Assembly: GCA_905331295.1 (NCBI GenBank)
Contig: CAJNYD010000157.1
Span: forward strand, 1 to 64,000
Length of the DNA stretch: 64,000 nucleotides
Source: Rotaria socialis
Taxonomy: Eukaryota
Direction of reading: 5' to 3'
Each line of letters starts with the position of its first letter. The stretch's first letter is position 1. The position numbers were made by a program, and so were the translations under genes. The notes below the pieces were generated by a model. The model worked only from the letters and a program-made list of their open reading frames with translations. It was not told the DNA's origin and made no database searches. Of the stretch, positions 1 through 9,007 are shown one piece after another.

Positions 1-507
1 ACCAGAGTGGATACTACCTGGGTTCGATTCCCAGTCGAGATTCATTATCTTTTCTTTGTGTTCGTTCTTTCGAGTGATAAACACACGCCGTATAACATCT
101 TTTATTCGAAATAAAAATGAATAGAATTAAGTCCTGTCATATATACATTTATATATATAGATATATAGATATTTCTGTCTTACAGAAATACTTCGAAATA
201 ATTAGAAATACATGAAAATATATAGAAATGCGGAAATACAAAAGTTCGCCTCCCCATTTAGAGGCCTAATGGGATTGTATCCTAACCGAAAAAAAATTTG
301 ACTATGAAATTCCTTTTGAAATCAAGTGAAATTAGTTTTCTGAAAGCCTTTTTCAAAAGACTTAAAGAGGTTCGATTACGTTAGAAACTGGAGCTTTTAT
401 GATGTTCTTGTGCTACCACTATTTTCAGGTCGGCTTCTTAAGACTTAGTTATCATCTTCATGATTTATCGTCGTTTGCTGTTTCCAAGAGAATAGTAACC
501 GCATTGG

Positions 508-3500
508 ATGGCCAAACGATCTATAACCTTTCTGATTATTGCTGTATTACTAGTTATTTTGATACTCCTTGATATTCTTTCCATTCCATATACTGGAAAG
601 GATTATGATTCAACAATGATGGAAGCTCACAATTCATCTCATTTCGAGTTTTCATTTACATCACTAAATATTGCAATTATTGGATCATCTGGGTATATTG
701 GTTCACGGTTATTGCATCATTTACAGAAGATACATCGATGGAACGTTGCTGGTTATGATCAAAAATTACCAGGGCAGGCTAGTCGTGATATTGTAACAGA
801 AGATCTACAAAAGTTTCAAGTTGTTGTTTATTTAGCAGGTTTAACTGATCGCGACATTTGTCGAGATCATCCAAATGATACGGAGTACAAAAATGTTAAG
901 GACATTTATGACTTGGCTAAACGGATGTTACAATCTCAGCTCTTGATATTTGCTTCGACATCTGAAATAGCTGCAGGATTCGGTAAAACTCCTATGGATG
1001 AACTGTCTCCTGTTCAACCACACCTATTTGATCCATATGTTGCGTCGATTATGCGCCGAGAAAATGCTCTGCGAAAGCTTAGCTTGGAATCTCTCACTGC
1101 ACCTCGAATTGTTGGCTTGAGATTTGGTCTTGTCATTGGGCTCTCCGACAGCCAACGAATCGACTTTGGACACATGCAATACATTTGTCAGGCTTTTCTT
1201 GGGGGAAGGTTACACGTCGTTCATCCAGAAGCTTATCGCAGTTTTCTAAGCATGGAAGATCTATTGGGTGCTCTAACTGTAGTCATTAAGAATCATAGAA
1301 GTACTAAACGATTCGATTTGTTTCACCTTCAATCTTTCTCAGCTAGTGTTTCGAATATAGCCAATGCCATTGCACTTCGTTCTGGAGCTCATATTTTTGT
1401 TTCAAATGACTCCCTCACTAATTTCAGCGACGGATTTTCCTTGAATACCAAAAAATTTCGCACTAACTATCAATTTGTTTTCAACGGAAGTCAAGATAAG
1501 ATCATATCTGAACTGATTAATGATGTTCCCAGATTATGTCTTGGTCGACAATCTCGTTTAGATAAAGGCTCCACTCCATGTGTAGTATGCGGCTCGCATC
1601 AAATGCATTTGGTTCTAGATTTACACAAACAGCCTCTTGCCAATGATTTTAGAGAACAAGCGGATCAAGCGATGAAATGTAAACAATTTCCATTACGTTT
1701 AGTACGTTGTCTCAAATGCCATCACACACAGCTGTCATATATTGTTGATCGGGCCTACCTTTTCAGCCATTATCTATATCAGAGTGGTACAAGCAAAAGC
1801 ATGAAAGACTATTTTGAGTGGTTAGCTGAGAAAGTTATCAAGGAAAGTGAAAAAAAGAATGGAACTGTGCTAGAAATAGCAAGCAATGATGGTAGTCAAT
1901 TGACTGAATTCCTCAAACGTGGATGGATTACTATAGGCGTAGATCCAGCTGAGAATCTTGCTGAACTGGCTCGAGCAAAAGGCCATACGGTTTATATTGG
2001 GTTTTGGGGCACTGATAGGTTTTCTTTTCTACCACCACCAGAATCATTGAATGCTATAGTTGCACAAAATGTGCTTGCTCATGTCAGCAATCCTGTACAA
2101 TTTCTGCGTGCTTGTGCTGCGGTTATGGGTTCAAGAACAAGATTATATATTCAAACGTCTCAATGTGAAATGTACGAAACTGGGCAATTTGATACGGTTT
2201 ATCATGAACACATATCTTTCTTTACAGCACACTCCTTTAATAAAATTGCTGCTCTCGCAGGGCTATATATTGTCCATTTTGAGATCACACCTATTCATGG
2301 ACGCTCATGTTTGGTCACATTCAAACGAATGAGATTACCAAGTACTTCTTTTATTACTTCTTTTCAAAGGAAAATTCCGTCTTCACTTCTGTTGGCCCTA
2401 AAGAAAGAGCGTCGCATTGGGCTGACTGATGCTTGGTTCTATACCAAGTACCAAGCACAAGCTGATTCCATGCGTGAATGGATTTCTCGCCAATTAACGC
2501 ATCTTCATGCTCAAGGTCATGTGATAATTGGATATGGGGCAGCAGCTAAAGGTATGGTTCTTCTGCATTCTCTCTTGAAAATACCAAACCAAACATGGCA
2601 GTTTTCGTATATAGTTGATGAAGCTCCTTTAAAGCAAGATAAATATTGCCCTGGTACTTATATACCAGTGCGCCCAATTTCTGAATTAAGTAAACATAGT
2701 TTAATGACACCATTAACAATAGTTGTGTTCGCTTGGAATTTCTGGGAGGAGATTTTGCACAAGATTCGTATAACAACTCTCGAGACAGGAATCAAAAATG
2801 TCTTTGCAATACGCCCTTTTCCTCAACAACAGCTAATTCAAATTAATTCAAACTCTACTACAATACTTACACAAAATGCATATAGACTAATGCCTTGGCC
2901 GTCTCCATTTCCTTATAGACGTAGATCTGTGTTACTCTTTTCGAACCTTTTCAATGACACACCACTATTGTCTTCTTGGATTCGCCACCACGCACCCATA
3001 TTTGATATTGCTATTTTGATTGATTACGATATTACTAACAGGTCTTCACAGATCGTTACGAACGAAGCTCCAAGCACTTGGAAAATAATTTCACCTCGTA
3101 GTAAAGATTCTCCTCACAAAGTGATCAACGAAGAAATGAGATATTACGAAAAAATATACACGAAAGCATGGAAGATTGTTCTGACTACTGATGAGTTTAT
3201 GGTACATCCAAATCTTCGAGAAATGTTGTCTGACATTGAACGTTCAAGTGATGTGATGGCATTATATTTTCGTTCATTAATCATGATACGAACTGATTCA
3301 AACCTACGTTACCCTTTCACGTCCTTGCTGAATCAGCACACTCAATACATTTCATATTCACCCGTTAAAGGAAAGGGCAGTTTAGTGATGCCTGCTTATC
3401 GTTACATACATCGCTATCCGTACGTTGAACAAATCGATGTAAAACAAAGTAAAAATGAGAGTGAATGGCAATGGATCCATATTGGATTCATCGCTGATTA

Positions 3501-3735
3501 TCGCTACGCGCTCTCGTTTCAACATACAAATATGAGGGTTCCTTTTCCTGAGTATGTGGAAAATGTTGGTGACACCATGAATGAGCATATTACACACGAC
3601 TTTAATGTCACAAGTTGGAAACACAACAAAGAAATATTTAGACACATACGCCTCAATGATCTTCAAAATTTTGACGCGCCAACAGATGAGCTCAGAATGG
3701 CTCATCGACTCTGGAAGGAAATGACAAATCACTGA
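508..3735 (+). CDS. Intronless fusion protein: N-terminal signal-anchor + NAD-dependent epimerase/reductase (extended SDR) + Zn-binding SAM-dependent NDP-sugar C-methyltransferase + degenerate GT-A-like glycosyltransferase domain
   Basis: Hydrophobic aa 7-25. Rossmann motif IAIIGSSGYIG, plus VVVYLAG, LIFASTS and GLRFG. Zn motifs CVVCGS and CLKCHHTQL, with QPLAN, VLEIASNDG, GVDPA, NVLAH, FDTVYHEH, PIHGRS, GYGAAAKG and FAWNF typical of TcaB9/EryBIII-type C-methyltransferases. C-terminal WIRHH..FDIAILIDY and WKIVLTTDEF resemble GT2_4/GT92-like domains. Confidence 0.88.
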   Translation: MAKRSITFLIIAVLLVILILLDILSIPYTGKDYDSTMMEAHNSSHFEFSFTSLNIAIIGSSGYIGSRLLHHLQKIHRWNVAGYDQKLPGQASRDIVTEDLQKFQVVVYLAGLTDRDICRDHPNDTEYKNVKDIYDLAKRMLQSQLLIFASTSEIAAGFGKTPMDELSPVQPHLFDPYVASIMRRENALRKLSLESLTAPRIVGLRFGLVIGLSDSQRIDFGHMQYICQAFLGGRLHVVHPEAYRSFLSMEDLLGALTVVIKNHRSTKRFDLFHLQSFSASVSNIANAIALRSGAHIFVSNDSLTNFSDGFSLNTKKFRTNYQFVFNGSQDKIISELINDVPRLCLGRQSRLDKGSTPCVVCGSHQMHLVLDLHKQPLANDFREQADQAMKCKQFPLRLVRCLKCHHTQLSYIVDRAYLFSHYLYQSGTSKSMKDYFEWLAEKVIKESEKKNGTVLEIASNDGSQLTEFLKRGWITIGVDPAENLAELARAKGHTVYIGFWGTDRFSFLPPPESLNAIVAQNVLAHVSNPVQFLRACAAVMGSRTRLYIQTSQCEMYETGQFDTVYHEHISFFTAHSFNKIAALAGLYIVHFEITPIHGRSCLVTFKRMRLPSTSFITSFQRKIPSSLLLALKKERRIGLTDAWFYTKYQAQADSMREWISRQLTHLHAQGHVIIGYGAAAKGMVLLHSLLKIPNQTWQFSYIVDEAPLKQDKYCPGTYIPVRPISELSKHSLMTPLTIVVFAWNFWEEILHKIRITTLETGIKNVFAIRPFPQQQLIQINSNSTTILTQNAYRLMPWPSPFPYRRRSVLLFSNLFNDTPLLSSWIRHHAPIFDIAILIDYDITNRSSQIVTNEAPSTWKIISPRSKDSPHKVINEEMRYYEKIYTKAWKIVLTTDEFMVHPNLREMLSDIERSSDVMALYFRSLIMIRTDSNLRYPFTSLLNQHTQYISYSPVKGKGSLVMPAYRYIHRYPYVEQIDVKQSKNESEWQWIHIGFIADYRYALSFQHTNMRVPFPEYVENVGDTMNEHITHDFNVTSWKHNKEIFRHIRLNDLQNFDAPTDELRMAHRLWKEMTNH

Positions 3736-3833
3736 GTCGTAGAATCAGACTTGATGGTTTTAATTACGTAAGATTGAGTGTGAAATAAGTATATCAGTTT
3801 CAAGCTACTTGCGAACAGGACAATAAAGTCGAA

Positions 3834-4284
3834 CTTGAGGGTGAGTGCAGGTGTGGGTGTCCATATGTGGGTAGGAGTGCTGACTTAGCATTAGTATTGC
3901 GAAAATGCCAATACTTTTTGTATTAGAATTAAAGTAATAAACTAATAGTTTTGCATTCATATTAGAAGTGATGGTTGAGCTGTTCCAACAGAACTCGACC
4001 AAACGAAAAAGAGTATCAAAAATTTTCACGATTTCTTCTAGTTTAATACAACTCGTTTCGCTAATCATTTTAGTGTTAAAAAAAGATTGAAATTCATAAG
4101 TAAAAACATCTCACAGCGAAGATACACACACTGGTTTGCGTGTGTGTGGAATAGGGGAGGGATGAGATGCATCTCGGTCTAGGTGTTGAGATTAGGTGCG
4201 GGTGTGGCTGTGGCTCTGGGTGTAAACGATTTTGTATTCATGAAGATTCACAACTTCAATCACACCCACGCCCACATCCTCAAG
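3834..4284. mobile_element. Degenerate MITE-like element with CTTGAGG...CCTCAAG termini
   Basis: Left end cttgagggtgagtgcaggtgtgggtgt resembles the reverse complement of the right end (cttgaggatgtgggcgtgggtgtg). The right end coincides with the truncation of the RABGGTB fragment. Confidence 0.45.
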
Positions 4285-4632
4285 ATAAAAATCCCGAACA
4301 ACAACAATAGATTTGTTCAGCATGTGATTCTTCTCCAGGTATACAACCAAAACCGCCATCCAAAATTTAAGCAACTCATAATAAAATTTGTTGCACGATC
4401 GATATCAATAGTATCAAATGAATCAATTAATTTCAAACAGGCAACAACAAAAAATGAAAACGTGTATTAATTTCTCCCCATTGATCACCGATAAAATTTC
4501 CATCGTTTTGTTGTAATTGTTTTATATATGAAGATAAACTTTGTTTATCAATCAAATCCGTTCGATTTAATTGAACAAGTAATTGCACTGCTGACAATGT
4601 ATATAATAAATGTGGATCATGGTTTGGACATG
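4285..4632 (-). pseudogene. RABGGTB: Rab geranylgeranyltransferase beta subunit fragment, frameshifted
   Basis: Minus strand reads PNHDPHLLYTLSAVQLL...LQQNDGNFIGDQWGEINTRF, then after frameshifts ...FIMSCLNF/DGGFGCIPGEESHAEQIYCC..GFLS. These are GGTase-II beta motifs. No N- or C-terminus is present. Confidence 0.85.
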
Positions 4633-4633
4633 G

Positions 4634-4803
4634 GTAGGCATGCACCAAAACCAAACCTTTTGGTTTTGATATGGTTTTGGTTTTGACAATGGTTTTGGTT
4701 TTGAAGTTTTGGTTTCACAGTGGTTTTGGTTTTGACTCAAAACCAAAACTATATCAAAACTAAAACCGTCAAAAACTTTTGACAGTTTCGGTTTCGATTT
4801 TTC
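4634..4803. mobile_element. One end of a hAT-like non-autonomous element with aaaacc/ggtttt subterminal repeats
   Basis: Starts TAGGCATGCACC, followed by dense aaaacc/ggtttt motifs. The partner end was not found. Confidence 0.5.
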
Positions 4804-4926
4804 TCAGACATGAAAAAATGAATATCTAAACGAAAATTGTTCGTCTTTTCGCAGCGCTCCGAATGGCCGGAAATTGAATGTCCGTTTTTCGGGCATGAAA
4901 CGATTTTTCATGGCTCTTCTCAAAAC

Positions 4927-5284
4927 TACCATGGATTTTCGAGACCGTGGAACCCGAATCAGAGCACCATTAGTCTTGATATTCCATTGGTTGGTCAAGA
5001 ATCAACGAAAATCCAATCTTATGCAAAATTCTCTTTTCCAGGAAACTCGATTTGGTGAACTCGAATCTGAAATTCATTTTGGAAACATGAATATTGCAAT
5101 TGTTTACTGATTGAATAATAACGGTTTGGGGAAAACGCCGGTCCAATTCGAACTCTCCACATGAAATTACACACAGGGAGATATTTTCTGAAAACTCGAT
5201 TTCTGGTGGTCCCGGGCGGACCAATAGGGTTTCGATGAAAATGGTGCTTAGATTCGGGTTCCTCGGTCTCGAAAATCTATGGTA
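4927..5284. repeat. Imperfect inverted repeat (foldback element remnant)
   Basis: taccatggattttcgagaccgtggaacccgaatcagagcaccatt (about 4927-4971) pairs with aatggtgcttagattcgggttcctcggtctcgaaaatctatggta (about 5240-5284). Confidence 0.65.
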
Positions 5285-6941
5285 CACTGTAAAAAAAATT
5301 CGTAGAACAATAAACCCTGGTACGTTTGGAAAATCTTCCTAAACCCTTTTAAAGGTTTATTCGGGTTTGCTCAACCCTTAAAAGGTTTATTCGGGTTTGC
5401 TAAATCCTTAAAAGGTTTATTCGGGTTTGCTAAACCCTTTCAGGGTTTTTGTGTGAAAGGGTTTCTGAGGAAAAGGGCATTTGAAAATAAAAAGGGTTTA
5501 TGAGTAGCTAANAAAGCTTTTCTATATCACTTGACTTGACGTGACTTGATTTAAAACGTTTTGTACCGAGCGAAGTGAAATCAAGTCAGGTGAGATAGAA
5601 AAACTTCTGGAGATCACTTGACGTGACTTCACGCCAGGGTGGAAAAGCTCATTCTCAGCCACTCGAATAACTGGGTTAACGATAAATTAGGCTCTGACAA
5701 GATTATATCCAAGTGACAAACTGGATAGAGATGGAGTAGCTTACAGCCACTCGCGGCAATGATGTGTATTCGCTTATTCACATATCCAGAGTGTAACAAG
5801 CTCATACATAACGCACGTATATATAGGAGAGAGATAGAAGAGAGACAGAAGAGAGAGAGATTATAACAATGGAAAGAGAACAGAAGGAAGAGGAAGGAGA
5901 ATCATCGAAGCGTGCCATCAATATCGGCACACTGGGGATGGCTAGGAAAGGCTTGGAATGATTGGGGATGGTTGAGGATGGCTGTGGATGGCTGTGGATG
6001 GCTGGGAATGGGTGGGGCCTTTGAATCGCTGGGAATATTTAGGAATGGCACGGAATAGCCGAATGAGTTTTTTCTCCCTTGATTTATGGAATCGCATTAT
6101 CTTCAGGAGAAAACATCCATTTGCGCTGAAACTTTCAGGATATTCTAAGAATCACGAGGCCTACTTATTGCAAAAATATCAGCACAAAATTCCATCATTT
6201 GGAACGAGACGTTGCGTTGGGTTTTTGAATTTTCAGAATCCAAAATCCGCCGCTTCCGCATCGTTAAATGACGCCATGTCTGATATAAAATGTTTTCGAT
6301 CTGACTTGACTTGAATATTAAACTGTTTTCGTGCAAGGGTAAAACAAAAACCCTTGGCCGTAGAATGCTAAACCCTTCTCTTTGAATTTCGCCGCATAAA
6401 CCCTTTTTTTCTTCAAATACCATTAGTCTCATAAACCCGTCGGGTTATAAACCCTTTTCGTGTTTCCTAGAAAAGCAGAAACCCTTTATGGGTTTTGGAA
6501 AATTTTCTTCTAGTACTAGGATTTAGTATTCTACGTTTTTTTACAGTGTATCCTTCACCGTAGAATAAAAAACCTTATTTAAGAAGAGGCATATTAATAT
6601 ACCCTTCACCGTAGAATAGAAAACCCTTTTCAAGAAAGGGCATATTAGTATACCCTTCAGCGTAGAGTAAGAAACCCTTTTCATGAAAAGATAGAACAAT
6701 AAACCCTGAACCGTACACTAATAAACCCTTTTTATGAAAACGTAGAACAATAAACCCTGTATCGTAGAACAATAAACCCTTTTTATGAAAACGTAGAACA
6801 ATAAACCCTTTTTTATTTTCAAATACCCTTTTCCTCAGAAACCCTTAAAGGGTTTAGCAAACCCGAATAAACCTTTTAAGGGTTTAGGAAGACTTTCCAA
6901 ACGTACTAGGGTTTATTGTTCTAAGAATTTTTTTTACAGTG
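5285..6941. mobile_element. Non-autonomous DNA transposon(s) with CACTG...CAGTG termini (CMC/EnSpm-like), probably nested
   Basis: TIR CACTGTAAAAAAAATTCGTAGAACAATAAACCCT at 5285, with its inverse ending at 6941. A second right end (ttttttacagtg+ta) lies at 6548. Many cgtagaacaataaaccc subterminal repeats. An N at 5512 may mark an assembly junction. Confidence 0.75.
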
Positions 6942-7334
6942 TTGGAAGTGTCATTTAGCCAATAAATAAAAGAAGAGCATTTATTCGGCTCGATGGCATT
7001 CGTCATTCACATAAAAAAATAGTAAGCAATCTCACTCTTTGAAATTGAACAACGAGCATTTTACTTGTGAAAATTTTTTGGTAATAAATGATAGTCTTCA
7101 AGAAGTTGAAGTATCAACGAACACCTCGTGCTCTTTCAGCTCAATAAATAATTCAACTTATCTCAGATACTCTTTTTTTTCAAGCATTAAGATTGCCTGA
7201 CATTTTTCAACTCATGATTACTATGATAATAAACTTTTTACAAGATTCTAATAAATTACTGCAGTGATTGTGAACCTCCATCGTAGAGAAATCCTTTTTG
7301 TAAAAGGAATATACTTCTAATAGTGCTATTCTGA

Positions 7335-7445
7335 GCTGGACCGGGCGGGTCTACAAATTCGCTGGGCCGGGTCGTGCATGAGCAATTCTTGACCCGGTAC
7401 GGGCCGGGCCATGCCATCAAAAAGTGGCCCAATTTCGAGGTCTGC
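7335..7445. mobile_element. Remnant end of a hAT-like element with ccggg/ggccc subterminal motifs
   Basis: GC-rich cluster of ggccggg repeats ending ...cccaatttcgaggtctg in AT-rich context. Confidence 0.35.
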
Positions 7446-9007
7446 TTTGGAGTAATTCGAATATCATTTTTCCTATAGCAGAAAAGTGCTTCAGTTAAAG
7501 ATCGAAAGTGAAGATACATATACATATTCACTAGCAGAAAAGAATTTACAGCGGATAAATGAAATAGTCGGTGGGAATAATGCTTTGGATAAATGAAATA
7601 TCATTTTTCTTTTGGAAGAAAAACGGGAGCATTTGTAATTAAAGTGAACATTCATTTATTCGCGATAAGGGAGAAATGATTTTACTCGGTACCAAAGATG
7701 CGGGGAAAATTTACAGTCTGTCAGATTATGGTTGACTCTAGTTAAAAGAAAGATGAGTAAATTTGTATGAAGATGGGGTGCCGAAAATCATTTACGATAG
7801 CAGGGAAAGCTTGCACAGTTTTGTGATGATGCGTGACGAACGACAAAGACCTGGTAAAAAGTTTGTTTCCAAATAATGGTTTGGAAAGAAGAAATGTAAA
7901 GAACGAAAATGTAAATGTAAATGAAAACTGCTCCTATTTATTGCTTATAAAGTTCTTTATAGCATGGATTGTGTTGTATTTGCACGGATATCTTTTCTGA
8001 GCAGTAACGACAAAAGTATTTGATATAAATGTAGTATACACACGCTGCCTTGTATTTATATAGTTTGTCTACTGCTGGAAGTGCTGTCCTATCAAGAGTT
8101 GCATGTGAGTATAAAAGATTATTGGGAAAAGTATCGCCTAATTTGATTTTACGTTGTCCGAATTTTCTCAATCGTCTCTAATCAACGTGGGCAAATGACT
8201 AATGCTTCATAATTTCGAGCATTTTCAACACAGAACTACCCTGGTAAGTAGTACGGGGAATATATACCACTGTATCCCCACCACAACGCTTTGTAAAGAA
8301 CACGAAATATTTCTGTATTCTATCAGAGAACCAATTGTTTTACTGTCTGTGTTACTATGCTACGATACAGTGTCTGTAACGAACCGTATTTTTTTGTTTG
8401 TTTACTGATGGTTGTATTTGATCTGCGTATACCATAATACACCTATATCCACTTGCGTTCAAAGGTAGATTTTAGTCAAGCACTACATTAGTAACGGAAA
8501 ATACTTTCGAATAATTTCACAGCTTTAACACTGGATGTGTTTCATGGTTCCATTGCACATGCTTTATTAATACCTACTTCTAAGACTTCTATAAACCAAT
8601 AGTAACCAAAATTCTCCATCATCCATTCACCACACACTGCCCATCCACACCCACAAACTCATCATTCCTCATGCAACTATTAATTCCTCCAAGGAGCAAC
8701 ATGCGTGTCAAAGTGTCTTATTAAGGAACTATTTTTTTGTAGAACCAATCTAATTGATTTGAAGATACAATAGTATTCATCCACATCTGTGATTCATTTT
8801 ACCATGTGTATTCTGTTACTGTGATACTATTACCATATAACCTATTGTAGCCATCATTTTTTTTGTGGATTGTATTTCAATATTTTCAATGATATGTGGT
8901 ATAATGTTTAATACTGGAATAGGTTTCGGATTTTAAATAATATTCTATTATTCTTACCGAGTTTAAGTCTTATTATACAAAACTGTAAACATTAATCATA
9001 TTTCTAG

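Noticed and set aside
1..45. tRNA T-arm/B-box-like motif ctgggttcgattcccag
   Set aside because: No full cloverleaf is visible and it is cut by the window edge, so a tRNA or SINE cannot be supported.
5340..5445. About 30-bp direct repeats (aaaggtttattcgggtttgct) that look CRISPR-like
   Set aside because: They are head-to-tail with no unique spacers, there are no cas genes, and they are transposon subterminal repeats.
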